DNA of 64,000 nucleotides from the human T2T-CHM13v2.0 reference genome, Homo sapiens: the NCBI RefSeq assembly GCF_009914755.1, contig NC_060926.1. One strand, given 5' to 3'. Below the pieces are notes generated by a model. The model made no database searches. It had not been told where the DNA came from and was given only the letters and a program-made list of their open reading frames with translations. Shown piece after piece: positions 1-13,119 of this stretch; positions within the stretch are counted from its first letter, which is position 1, and each line of letters begins with the position of its first letter. The position numbers and the translations under genes were made by a program.

Positions 1-181
1 ATTAAGTTTTTAGTTAATGATAGCTCCACCTCTTGTGCACATAATCAAAACAGACCAGGTGGGGTTTAGCCACTTGTAGATCCTAGTGCCTTTTCTCTCT
101 TGACAACTTTCTATCAACTCTGAAACCCAGCTATGAAAAACAAATGAAAGGGGGAAATAAAGGATAAGGGCATTGTAAGCA

Positions 182-496
182 TTTTTCTTTTTTCTTTTTT
201 TTTTTTTTTTTTGTTGAGATGGAGTGTCACTGTGTCGCCCAGGCTGGAGTGCAGTGGCATGATCTCAGCTCACCGCAACGTCCGCCTCCGGGTTCAAGCA
301 ATTCTCTTGCCTCAGCCTCCCGAGTAGCTGGGATTATAGGCGCCCACCACCACGCCCAGCTAATTTGTGTATTTTCTGTAGAGATGGGGTTTCGCCATGT
401 TGGCCAGGCTGATCTCCAACTCCTGACCTCAGGTGATCCACCCCCCTTGGCCTCCCAAAGTCCTGGAATTATAAGCGTGAGCCACTGCGCCTGGCC
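182..496 (-). mobile_element. Alu (AluS-type), full length, antisense
   Basis: poly-T then GAGATGGAG...CCCAGGCTGGAGTGCAGTGG...GTGAGCCACTGCGCCTGGCC; TSD core TGTAAGCAT at 174-182 and 499-507. Confidence 0.95.
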
Positions 497-557
497 CCTG
501 TAAGCATGTTTTTCAAATGTTTAATATTCTCTGCTGCATTGACTTAAAAGTTTGACA

Positions 558-896
<339 letters not shown>

Positions 897-1339
897 TTAA
901 AATGGCAGTTGTTGGCACTAACTTAGACTACTTTAAAAGCAGGAAGGATCCTAGGAAATAAAACACTAAAATAAAACTTTAAAAAATACAGGGCTTGCTC
1001 TTTTGGTATTCTACTTACTTATTAACAAATATTTATTGATTACCTGCTTTCCAGTGAGCAGCTGTCGTCTGGTTAAAAAGTGCATGGGTGTGTTTCAGCT
1101 GTGCTGGGAATGCTGGCTAAGCCAACTGATTAATAGAAGCAAGTGGAGAAATAAACTTGATCTAGGTAAGAGGTGAGGAACTGAGGTAGGGGAATCTGTG
1201 CAGGTTCAGGGTTACTGGACCTTAAAGTACAGAGTGAGGATGGGGTGGTAGGAAGGATTCTAGAAGGATAATAAAGGATGCAAGGCCCTGTTAGGTAAAG
1301 GAGTTTGGACGTAAGGCAGTGGGAAGGTACTGGAGGATT

Positions 1340-1517
1340 TTTATTTTATTTATTTATTTATTTATTTTTGGAAACAGGGTCTCTGTCACACAGGCTGGAG
1401 TGCAGTGGCACAATCTTGGCTCACTGCAACCCTCTACCTCTTGGGCTCAAGCCATCCTTCCACCTCAGCCTCCCAAGTAGCTGGGACTACAGGCATGCAC
1501 CACCCACCATGCCCAGC
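1340..1517 (-). mobile_element. Alu right monomer (FRAM or truncated AluJ)
   Basis: (TTTA)n tail, single arm with GGGCTCAAGCCATCC; 14-bp TSD TACTGGAGGATTTT at 1328-1341 and 1520-1533. Confidence 0.88.
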
Positions 1518-1569
1518 AATACTGGAGGATTTTAAATAGGAGAGGATTTTAAATCTGGATTTTTAATTT

Positions 1570-1720
1570 AATTTTATTATTTTTATTTGTATATATTCAC
1601 GGATTGCAAGTGCAATTTGCTACATTCATGTATTGCATTGTGGTGAAGTCAAGGCCTTGAGTGTATCTATTACTGGAGCAATGCACATGATACCCACCAG
1701 GCAGCCTCTCATCCACTTCT
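1570..1720 (-). mobile_element. L1 3'-end fragment
   Basis: T-rich start followed by ...GTATTGCATTGTGGTGAAGTCAAGGCC...GTATCTATTAC, resembling an antisense old L1 3' UTR. Confidence 0.55.
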
Positions 1721-1954
1721 TAAATATAAATATACCTATTTACATTTATATATAAATTTCTTAACTCTGGTCACTGAGGCATGCTTTATTCTCTCTCTAT
1801 ATATATAGAAAGGCTAGTCTGACTGCTGGTATGATGATCGTTTTGGAGGGTGCTGGTCAAGGAAGGAGACAGAAGACCAGTGTTTTATTTGCTGGAGTGA
1901 GAAACTTAGAAACGACATAACCTCCTAGAATTTTGAAAGTGAAATAGGGGACTT

Positions 1955-2107
1955 AGAACCTTGTTATTCAGTATAGATAGATGACTTGGGGTTTGTTGGA
2001 AATACAGCATCTCAGGCCGACCTCCCCACAGACCTCCTAAGTCAGAATCTCGTCTTTTAAAAATCCCCAAGTGCTTTGTATGCCTGTTCAAGTTTAAGAA
2101 GCACTGC
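1955..2107. mobile_element. MER5-like hAT-Charlie MITE
   Basis: GTTGGAAATACAGCATCTCAGGCC...CAGACCTCCTAAGTCAGAATCT...AAGTTTAAGAAGCACTG. Confidence 0.65.
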
Positions 2108-2108
2108 T

Positions 2109-2390
2109 GGCAGTGCGTGGTGGCTCACGCCTTAATCCCAGCACTTTGGGAGGCTGAGGCGGGCGGATCACCAGAGGTCGGGAGTTCGAGACCAGCCTGG
2201 CCAAGATGGTGAAACTCCGTCTCTACTAAAAATACAAAAATCAGCCGGTTGTGGTGGCGCACATGTGTAATCCCAGCTACTCTGGGAGGCAGAAGTTGCA
2301 GTGAGTCGAGATTGCACCACTGCATTCCAGCCTGGGCAACAGAGTAAGACTCTGTCTCAAAAAAAAAAAAAAAAAAAAAAAGAAGAAGAA
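2109..2390 (+). mobile_element. Alu (AluS-type) with an internal deletion in the right arm
   Basis: Alu body, poly-A with (AAG)n end; 12-bp TSD AAGAAGCACTGC at 2096-2107 and 2386-2397. Confidence 0.93.
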
Positions 2391-3669
2391 GCACTGCCTT
2401 GGAAGTAATGGTGTCTGCCTTCTAACTCCTATGAACAGACAAGGAAATAGTTTCATTAAATGGAGGAGTTTTTGGTTTTTTTGAATAAACTGGATTATTT
2501 TAACTAAATATAAAAATAATCTTGAGTATAATAGTTAATTAAAGGAAGTTTAGTATTGCTCTAGAAGATTACAGGGCTTTAAAACATAGTTAACTAATTC
2601 TGAGCTTTAGAAGTAAGTCTTTTATAGAATTTGGCTGGGATTTTCCTATTTGCTAGTCCTGCAGTTCTAGAAATTTGTGAGGTAAAAAAACAGTTTCTTT
2701 TCATATTTACCCATTGATATTAATGGAGAATCACAAAAATACCCTGGGTCAGTTTCTCTAAATTATTCCAGAATTTCAGCATGATGTCCTGGGAAGTAGA
2801 AATTTATGAGTCCATACCTGTTTTATGACTTAAACCTTTTAAATACTTTAAAACTATTTTTTTCAGAAACAAAGCACAAATACTCTTCTTCAGCCACACT
2901 TCATCTTAGTAGAATGATCCTATATTAAATGAACGTTCCTGTTCTTGCAGTTGGTTAGACTTCAGTCTAGTTTCATGCACATCAAACTTACCTAGTGGTG
3001 CCTTCAGGTTTTAGCGCTAATAGTGGATTTGAAGTATGTGAAATATCTGTTACATGGTAAGTGCTCATTTCCTCTGAGTTTGTAGGTGAAACTTTAAAAT
3101 TACTGGTTATTGATTGGGTAGGGGAGAAAAAACACCTGCTGAAACTTGTTGGCCGGAAGTTTTTACCCCTGGGAAGAAGAAAGGAACGGGGTGGGGGAGA
3201 TAAGGGAATTCAGTTCTTGGCTGGCAACACTCCAGAACCGTCCTGATGGAAGGGTTGTGGCCAGTTGAAAGCAGCAGTACTGGAGAGGGGACTGGGGGTT
3301 GTTCTTTCAAAGGCAGGGTTGAAGGTTATTAATGGACTAAGTTAAATTTCTAGCTGTTCCTTCCTGTTACTCTAGATACTTTTTATATATTTATTATGTC
3401 ACAGCAGTATTGACGCCCTGAAAAGAAAGAAAAGTGAAAGAATAGTTCACGTAAGATCCCACAAGTCCTACAAATTTTAACTTTCCAATAGTTAATATAT
3501 ATAAGCACACACATATACACACACGTGCAGTTTAGAAGTGTTAATATAGACGAGTTTTGTCTTGGCTTTTTATTTTTTACTTAACATCATCTTAAGCTTT
3601 TCATATGTGGTTATTTCTGTGCCTCTTACCAAATATTGGCAATTCACTTTCCAAATCAGACAATTACTT

Positions 3670-3810
3670 ACCAGTCTGAGAGCCTGCTTCTCATCTATGG
3701 GATGAAGGTCATACAAATTCTGTGTAATGAGATTGTTGTAAGAATTAGGTGAGATTCTGTGTGGAAACTGTGTTTGGCACAGTCCCTGGTACATAATAAG
3801 GGCTCATAGG
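3670..3810 (+). mobile_element. MIR fragment
   Basis: TTCTCATCTATGGGATG...GATTGTTGTAAGAATTAGGTGAGA...GGCACAGTCCCTGGTACATAATAAG, the MIR core and tail pattern. Confidence 0.65.
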
Positions 3811-5403
3811 ATTATTACAGATCCTAGTTAAATGGCAAGGCAGGGCCCAGCAGGGTGAGCCTTGTAAACTTGAGTGCCTCAACTCCCACCCCCACCCCCA
3901 AACCTGTTCTGGGTGTGGTTTCCTTTAGCATGTTGGGAGAGTGTTTAGTTTGCCTGAAAATGCACCCAACTGAAACCATTCCCCCCCGCCTTTAGAAAGA
4001 TTAGAAGGTTCAGTCACTTGGGCCTGGTGACTTTTGATGTAGTTTGAAGGTCACAATGCTGGTTCCTCTCTCAAGTTCATAAAAGCCTCTGGAGCAGCTA
4101 TTGCTGCAGCCAGCGAGCATCCAGCACTTGGTCAGAGAGCCGCCTTTGTCAGAGAGCGCTCCTGTAGCCAGACTCATATTAACTGCCCCCCATGGGTGTG
4201 TTGAATGCCTCTACTGTGTTTGCCTTTGAAAGGCCCTTCTTAGCCTTTCTCTCTCCCCCAACCCCATTTTCAAGAGGCACAAGACCTTTAAGTAGCAAAT
4301 ACAGTAATCACAGTAGCATGGAGACACAGGCTGGCCTATATTTGGTTTCACAAAGGCCTTGTGAAAGATCTGGCCTTAAAGTCCCTTTTTAATGCTGAAA
4401 TTATGCAAGTGGAAAGTTAATTTGAGGATCACTGAGGCACGCTTTATTCATGAAGAATGTGAGCAAAACATAAATACAAAGTCTGGAGGCTCTGTTCTAC
4501 GCTGGTGGCAAGGAAATTACATAGGTGGTATCTTTATTTGGCTGAATCCCCCTCCCTCCACCAAGAGTGCAACTGTGATAGAATTTTGGAGTGAGAGCTA
4601 TTGTTTTAAGCACTGACTGGTTGCAGGTGTGTGTGTGCATGTTGCCTGAAACTCTCTACAAACCATAGACATGATTTTGGTGGAATTGGCGTGCCAACAG
4701 TGGTTACAGCTAAGATTGTAGAAGACCAAACATTCTGTTGGAATGTGACCTTAACATTTTGAATTATGTTTCTTAAGTAAGATAAATTTCGAAGGTCTAT
4801 TTTATTTTTATCTTTATTCTTTGAAGGCCTGCTTTAAAGTTTACCGTGTCTTTGAAAGTCTAGTCTGTTGAACTCTTAAATCCCAGTGAGTTCCTATAGA
4901 TTGCTAGCTTGAGTGTATAGTATTTGAGATGTGAATAAAGTCTAGTGCAAAGTGTGTTTCTTGTGCTTGAAAATGGTGCCCTGATTTCTGTTGAGGGAGA
5001 CGTTTATTCCTATAAAGGTTTAAACGACTTGCTGTACAATTCAGTCTTGCAATGACAGAGAGATTACACACTATCTGCAAACAACTGCCAAGCAGATGAA
5101 ATCCTGGCTGTGGGAAGTCTGCGGTGAAGAGTGGTGGGGGTGGTCAGGAGAGCAGTGGAAGGGAAGTGGCTCAGAACATTGTAGTGGTGGTTTGGCGTGC
5201 CTGTCAAGGGCTGTGGGACGTTTTCTCTCTCATTTCAGAAACAAGGGTGGTGGGAAACACATGGGCCGTGGATTTGCATAAACCAACAGTCAAATCCTAG
5301 CTCTACCAGTGACTTCACTGAGCCTCATTTTCTTCAGGGGGAAAGAATAAATAGCCCTTGGGGTGATTGTAAAGCCTAATTAGGTATGTTATAATTGTAT
5401 TAA

Positions 5404-5513
5404 GAGGATGACGAGTTCACCGTTTGCCAGGGAGTTTTCCGGTTTTAGTGCCAAACATTCCACATCCGGGGAATCTTCCTCAGTCCCAGGCACACTGGGT
5501 GGTGAGTCCCCCA
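5404..5513. mobile_element. MER81-like hAT MITE, inserted beside a MIR fragment
   Basis: GTTTGCCAGGGAGTTTTCCGGTTTTAG...CCTCAGTCCCAGGCACACTGGG, ~110 bp. Confidence 0.6.
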
Positions 5514-5553
5514 GTTATATATGAAGATACCTATTACTGTTCCCTAATTGTAT

Positions 5554-5555
<2 letters not shown>

Positions 5556-5589
<34 letters not shown>

Positions 5590-5608
5590 ACACACACACA
5601 CACACACA
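5556..5608. repeat. (CA)n microsatellite, ~26 units with one TA interruption
   Basis: read directly. Confidence 0.97.
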
Positions 5609-7219
5609 TATCTATAAATAAAGGGCTTCTGGAAGCTGGCTGCCTATTACTGTGTACCTGATACTCAGTGGGTATTTGTGAACTCCCAGGAGGATAGTGT
5701 GTTAGTGTGTTTGCGTGTATCTCTGTATTCCTTCTTAGGGATGGCATACAAATAAATGTTTCATGAATAAAGGGATGAATGAGTAGGTAAAGTAATATAA
5801 GCAGTAATGCATATGTTTTAAAGTGATTTAGCTGGTTTTCCTTCCAGGGGCCTCTTCCCTGAGAAAAGAGCCACTTAATAAATGATGTCTTGAATGAAAG
5901 AATACATCATGAAAATAATTTTGTCCATGATGTGGCTAAACTAAAACTCCAGGAAGGGCTTAGGCTGGGCCTATCTACTTTTTTTGATAAAATGAAGTTT
6001 AATATGACCCTAGTGACAACCTCCCCTCATCCCCTTAAAGCTCAAATTTAGGGAACTCTTGTGGTTGGACTCTCACATACTCCCTAGGACTCTGCTGGGT
6101 GCTGGGGAATTTACTAAACTTTGGTGAGGAGAAGAGGAGAGGAGAGGGAAGCCACGGTACTAAGGTACTTAGGGAGACAGAAACAGTTCCCCTAGAAATT
6201 AGACATCACATTGTCTTTTTCCCCCCTTTCTTTTGAATGAGATGGGGCAAGAATATTTGGACCAGGATAAAGTTTTAAGATGCATTTACACTAATGTAAT
6301 CAGGTTACATAGCAAAAAAATGTTAAAAATGTACCCTGGGAAATTGAAATCTATCCATTCTTCTAGGTGTGGCAGCTTATTCAGATTTTTATGTTGTGTG
6401 ACCATAAAACGAACACAGCTTTTCTAACCGCGAGTGTCTTTGTTTACAGAGATAACAGTGTGAGTAATGCTTTGCTAGAAGCCAGGCAGTTAAATCACAC
6501 TCTGAGCAAATAGAGGCTGGGCTTCAGAAACTTAGATAGCACACGAATGTGCAAACTTGGTCTTTTAAACTGAAGACATATCTGAAAGAAAACTGCTTTT
6601 GGCCCATGAACTACTTTCCCAGCCCTTTGTGCCTCCCAATCTCTGCCCCCCTTTACAAAAAATCTTTGTTTTTCCTCTACAAATATACATATATGATTTC
6701 AATTTGGAGGTGGGATGTTATTTTTTTCACTTGAAACACAAGGAAGCAATTTTTAAAAGTCATACTCGTTCAGCAGTGGGCTTGACTGTAGCCAGTTTGA
6801 CTAGGAGTTCTTGGCTACAGAACCATACACTTGCAGTCTTTATCAGGGTAGTAAATTCAGATGGGTTTTTGGAAAGGGAGAGGGCTGGAGTTGAGGGAAG
6901 GGCACTAGAGCAGTGTGACCCACGGCCCAGGAGCAGTGTGAGTGGGAAGGGGCTCTAGAAGCTGACTGCCTTTGTGTTTGCCACAGCGTGCTGGGAATCA
7001 GATGAGAAGGCGGGCCCAGACCCCACCAGATACTCATCTCAGCCATTGTTGTCATTAAATGACTCTGAAATGACCTTTCTTACCTCAGTTTCCTGTGAGC
7101 TCATAGTTGTCTGCAGATGTGAATTATGTCATTGATCTTTGCTCCCTCTTTGCTTATAAGGAGTAGCTGTTCTGCTCCATGTTTCTGGAAGAGGAAAGTG
7201 ATGCACAGGTCACTTAGTA

Positions 7220-7562
7220 AAGCGGTCCCCAGCCTTTTTGGCACCAGGGACTGGTTTTGTAGAAGACAATTTTTCCACAGATAGGGTGGAGGAAATGGGG
7301 AGTTGGTTTCGTGATGAAACTCTTCCACCTCAGATCATCAGGCATTAGATTCTTATTAAGGAGTGGTAACCTAGATCCTTTGCATGCACAGTTCATGATA
7401 GGGTTTGGCTCCTGTGAGAATGCTGCTGCTGATCTGACAGGAGGCAGAGCTCAGGCAGTAATGCTTCCCATCCACCACTCACCTCCTGCTGTGTGGCCGG
7501 TTCCTAATAGGTCACGGGCCAGGACCAATACCGGTCTGTGACCTGGGGGTTGGGGACCCCTG
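7220..7562. mobile_element. MER1B (hAT-Charlie non-autonomous element)
   Basis: TIRs AGCGGTCCCCAGCC ... GGTTGGGGACCCCTG; internal CTCTTCCACCTCAGATCATCAGGCATTAGATTCT and GCTGATCTGACAGGAGGCAGAGCTCAGGC; ~340 bp. Confidence 0.88.
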
Positions 7563-8129
7563 ACTCGGTGATTCAGCAGTTGATTTGGGATCCTCTGTCT
7601 TTGTTCCTCCTCCCTCAGCGGGAATTCACAGTGTAACTCATTTGCTAAGGTTTTCTGCGTTAGAAACAGAACTCCTTTTGGACTACTAGGAGACATGGTC
7701 ATTAGAATAATTATGATTCTTAGTATGACTCAACCCCTTTTTAATATTCAGCCTTATGGAGGGCCTCTGCCTGCGGCTCTTTGCTCAGGCACTAGGGCCA
7801 CAGGGGTGTAATTTCTATCTCTGCCCTCAGGAAGCTCACAAACAAGTCAAGAGACAGGAAAACGGATCCTGTTTTTCTAATGGGATTTGAATGGATGTAT
7901 TTATGGGAGGGGGGTGCTTTGTACACCTGCAAAACAGAACACCAGCCCTCCCTTCTCCTCTGGGGTTGCTGTGAGAATCAGTTAGAATAATGTGCATGAA
8001 CCCCGTATGGAAAATACAAACTCATAATTAAATCTAAGAAATTTTTGTGGGGGGACACAAATGTTGGGGTTGTCTTTGTTCTCAGGTCCCCTCAACTGGT
8101 CTAATGAAGGAAACAGACACCTTTCCAGT

Positions 8130-8350
8130 AACAATAGCCAACATTTATTGGACACTTATGTACCAGACTGTGCTATTTATGACATACATTATCTAATTTC
8201 ACAATCAGAAGAATGCTAGAGATAGGGTCAGGCGTTATCTCTGTTTACAGATGAGGAAAGCAAGGCTTGGAGAGAATGCCATACAGTTATTAGTGTGGCG
8301 GAGCCGGCCTTTGCACCTGGCTGTTGACCACGCCCTAGCATTAAACCATT
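8130..8350 (-). mobile_element. MIR fragment
   Basis: AATAGCCAACATTTATTGGACACTTATG...TTTACAGATGAGGAAAGCAAGGCT. Confidence 0.7.
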
Positions 8351-9983
8351 ACCTCACACTGCTTCTCCGAGATAGTTATCTTCTTGGGATCATTTAGGTG
8401 TGGCAGGATCTGGAGGGAGCAGTTGGACCCAAGTCTCCTAGCAGCAGCCTACACGTTTCTTGAGTCTGTTTTGAAACAACTTCCTTAGCCCTAGCTGCGC
8501 AGAAAGCATCCTCCCCTCAGAGTGATGATTTTTATCATGTGGTTTCCTTCCTCCTGCCTTTGGAGGTCAGGTCTTCTCACCCAGGGTCAGAAAGCCCATC
8601 AGTTGCTGATAAGCTGCAGCACTTGAGTCACAGGGTGCAGGCCTGTGTTTAGAATGGGTCATGCTCATGTCAGGCACGTGGGGAATCAGTGATCCCATGA
8701 GAGCTCGATCAGTGCAGTCTGGTTTGGAATTGCAGGTCACACCCTTCCACCACTTTGCTCATGTGTCTACTGATGCCTGTGATGTAGTTAGTTAAACCAC
8801 TGACTTCTTTCTCCTGCATCAAACATGACTTTTTGAAAAAGTGTGTGGGGGCTTTCCAGCATGAACCAGGCATAAACCAGGTACCTTCATGAACATATTA
8901 TTTATCCCTTCAGTCACCCTGTGTGCTAGGTGGTATCATAACTGCTTTGTGGATTGAGGAACCTGAGGACCAGAAAGATGACTTGAGGTGGCAGCCTCAT
9001 TTAGCCAGCAAGTAAGAAAATGGGTGATGGTGAACTTCTGCAGCAAGAGGGGGCCGTTTTCAACATTTCTGTGAATTCAAGGCGTGTGCTTCGTCTAAAT
9101 AGGTGGAGACACGTAGGAAGGCATAGTGTATACATCCATCAGCACATGGGTAGATTTTGAGGTTTTTTTTGTTTTGTTTTAAATCCAGAGCGTTGTGTAT
9201 TTGATCATTCTTGGAGATTCAGCCACATTCACAGGTGTTAAGTGTCACACCTAACCTAGCAATACAATACACAGCTGAAAGAAACCAGTCAGGTTTTCCC
9301 AATATCAATTTCTTTTTATTTTCTTTTCTGCAACTCCAGAGGATTCAATAATGTCAATTTCTGATAAAGCTTTTGCTATTGATGAGTAAATTCTTCCATT
9401 AAAAAGATAACAGTCTGCTAATTTGCTTATCATTGATGTTGCAAGAGCGTAACATTGGAGGGATGAGTAATGCATCTGCATATCTCGAAGGACAAAACTG
9501 ACGTCCACCCACTTGTGGATACGGTATTTGGTAAAAGTAACTAAGGTAAAATTGCCTAAGGGCATTTAACTTGAGCCATAGCTTAAATTCAGGTGATATT
9601 GAGCGTTGACATATCAGGATTCTTTTGTACACAGAGACGTGGATGTAGACCCACTGGTAGCAATTGCAAAGGCTCTGGATTTTTAGCTGCTGGATGAAAT
9701 ACCTGCAGCTGAACATCTGTTATGATGCAATTAAGCAGTGACTCAGTGGCGTGAAGGCTCAGTTTCGATGTATCGGGAACTCCTTTGAATCTGTCCACAA
9801 ACTTCTCAACCAAAAGGAGAGGAGAAATGTGTACAGACATTTGAGAGGCTGGGTCTCAACATGCCTCTGCCTAGGCAGTCATGGGAACCTGGTCTTTTCT
9901 CCTGAGACAGGAATTAACCTGTAGTACGAGAAACATGGTTGGATGAGTGGTTAAAGCAGGGCCCAGACTTTGGTACAGTTTAG

Positions 9984-10391
<408 letters not shown>

Positions 10392-11569
10392 TAATTAATA
10401 ACTTAAAGCTGGAACGTTGATGTCAGGTATGTGTAGGTCCAGGAAAACAGCTGTTGGCTCTGTTACTTCAATTTTTTTTTTACTCTATACTTTGAAGAAG
10501 TAGTACTTTCTAGAACTTGTACTCAAAACTCAACTGACAAATCCTGGAAGGCCGTTGCTTATACGCTCTAGTTGATGCGCCACAGCTGCCTGGCTGTGAG
10601 AATGGAGTAGCATGTACCTCTTAATTAGCCAAGAATAAGTGCCGTGGAAGAAGGCAGGATGACTTTTTAGAACCCATTTTTAGCTTGAAGATCACTGAGG
10701 GAGCCATCAAATCCATCCACCTGTTCAATCAATATTCAGCCAGCAAGTGGGTGTCAAGGTGAGCAGCTTACAGTGCTGAGCACACTGGAAACACAGGTGT
10801 GTAAGGGACAGCCACGGTCTCAAATTACATTCTGAAAGGGAATACTAGGTAAGTGATCCCAAACATGCAAATATCATTCCTTGGTCCTGGGATGTGGGGG
10901 AAGCATTTTGGAGGAATTGACATTGATTGCAAGTTTTTAAATATGACCTGGATTAGATTATGAGATGATGGGTGCTTGGGGGTAGGGGTGTACAGAGGGA
11001 GTCATGAAACCATGGAGGATGTTGGGGAATGGCTAGAATTCTACTTGGGACATCATGCAAGTTTTTTTTCCCCTTCCATTTCATTTGTTAATGCTTATTA
11101 TTAGTTGGGGGTTTTGCCTCCTTTTTGTTAGCCAACAGCCAGCTAATCTTGGCACAGGTCCCGGGAATCAGGTGCTGCTTAGCAGCTGATGTTGGTTAAA
11201 TGACCTTGGACAAGTGACTTGCATTTCAGTTCTCTAACCTGTTAGGGTTGTAGATTGTCTGATACAGATTTGAAGGCCCCTGCAAATAAATGCATGGCCG
11301 TTTACTCTGGTCACTTTCATTTTACCGAATGTGCTCCCCCAAGGCTCTTCTGGGTAGATGCCCACTGCCAAAACATTAAGCATTTTTGGCTTCTCATGCT
11401 TTGAGCTCACAAAATCAGTCCTGTGGGAAACCTAACAAGCTACAAAGGAGAGGGAAAGCAAAAGAAAAGGTATATGGATTCTCATGCAAAGAGAGAAGGA
11501 AAGTAGGTCCCTACCTAAAGTCTAGCCCTGTATTGGTGGTGGTACTGATAATGGTAATAGCCACCAAAA

Positions 11570-11800
11570 CTTCTTGATACTCCCCTTGTGCAGGCATTGT
11601 CCTAAGTACTTTGCAGTATTGATTCATATGCTCCTCATAGCGTCCTTGTGTGATGTGTTATTTCCATTTTGAAGATGAGGAAACTGAGGCACAAAGGAAG
11701 CTGTGCCCAAGGACACTTAACTAGTAAATGGAGCCAGGATTCCAACCCACGCAGTGCGCTTTGGGACTCAATTTTTAACCATCTTGCTGTGCTGCCTGTT
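11570..11800 (-). mobile_element. MIR
   Basis: CCATTTTGAAGATGAGGAAACTGAGGCACAAAG...GCCCAAGGACAC...GGAGCCAGGATTCCAACCCA. Confidence 0.8.
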
Positions 11801-12462
11801 GAGCATTTTTCACCTGGTGCTTTTGTAGATCCCACATTAGGATTTTGTTAGGACCCTGGGCAACCTTGATTTAGTGAAAGCAGTTGTTGAGAGGTAGAAA
11901 TTCCTGATCCTTTTTTCAATCTTAAAGGATTTGCTGAGACTCTCACTCTTCATTGGTGATGGTAACAAGGAGCAGCATGGTGAATGCCATGTAAAATTCA
12001 AGCCTTGCCTTATCTTGGAGGACTTTATTCCCTTTTCTTTGATGGTACTTTGGAGATTCCAGACTATAAAGGACTCAGCTGACAGTACAGACTCTCTTGA
12101 TCTGTATTTTCCCAGTATATGAAATTATTTGTAATGTACCCGTGAGAACCTGGAATAAACTGTACTGGCACTGAAGTAGAATCTTGGATTTAAAAGTACA
12201 GTGTTCACTGCTGCATCGTTGAGCATTTGCTACACAGAGAATAACCTTGGAGCAATGTTCAAAGGTGATGGCATTACCCAGAAACATGGAGTTAGGCCAG
12301 GAAACCACATCTGAAGTTCAGATTATTGGAGATTGCTGATTTTTCTTGACTTTAAATATTTTCGACTGGTTGAGTGTTTGTTGGTGTTTTTGGGCTAAGT
12401 GTTAGCCTTTTGTTCTGTGATGTCCCTGTGTGAATAAAATGGATAATCCCTGTTTCCGGTTA

Positions 12463-12485
12463 GCTGCTGCTGCTGCTGCTGCTGC
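12463..12485. repeat. (CTG)7 trinucleotide repeat
   Basis: GCTGCTGCTGCTGCTGCTGCTGC. Confidence 0.9.
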
Positions 12486-12754
12486 CAAGTATAAGTGAAG
12501 ACTTCCAGCTGCGATTTGCATTGTGTTTTCAGGCCACCTTTTGAGTTTCCCCATAGCAGATATAAAAACTGTTTCTAAGAGTTCATCCTTACGTGTTCAG
12601 CCTTACTTGTATCCTAAAACCACAAACTTGATTTTGTTCCCATTCATTATGATCTATATTTGGCATCAGTGAGGCAAGTTATTTATATTTATTATTTATA
12701 CCCTGCCCACTTCCAGAAATGATTTAATTTGGCCTAGGCAAGTGTCTTCTGATG

Positions 12755-12756
<2 letters not shown>

Positions 12757-12785
<29 letters not shown>
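12757..12785. repeat. (GT)14 microsatellite
   Basis: read directly. Confidence 0.95.
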
Positions 12786-13040
12786 ATGATAATTCTGATG
12801 TGTGTGTGTATGATGCTACTTCTGCCACTTCAAGAGTCCAGAATCATAAGATTCCTAATAGGATTGTTGGGTTGGTGAATGCTGGGTTTGTTCTCTTCTA
12901 TGCCCTCTCTGTCCAGGAGAAATCTGAGTATCTTTCTTAGGAATGCCTAACACTGCTAGACTGAAAGGTGCCATGTCACCATTTTTCCCAAGAAATTTTC
13001 TTTTGAGGGTGCTATAGAGAAGCCCTCTGGTATGAATGTA

Positions 13041-13119
13041 TTAGGCTGGTGCAAAAGTAATTGTGGCTTTTGCAATTAAAAGTAATGACAAAACTACAAT
13101 TACTTCTGCACCAACCTAA
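13041..13119. mobile_element. MADE1 (Hsmar1-derived mariner MITE)
   Basis: TA|TTAGGCTGGTGCAAAAGTAATTGTGG ... CTACAATTACTTCTGCACCAACCTAA|TA; 79-bp palindrome with TA target duplication. Confidence 0.95.

Noticed and set aside
9305-9565. Minus-strand peptide YSSIAKALSEIDIIESS loosely resembling a hAT dimerisation motif
   Set aside because: Lacks the ERxFS core; similarity too weak to claim without a profile search
12463-12485. (CTG)7 as a possible expansion locus
   Set aside because: Too short to be notable without population length data
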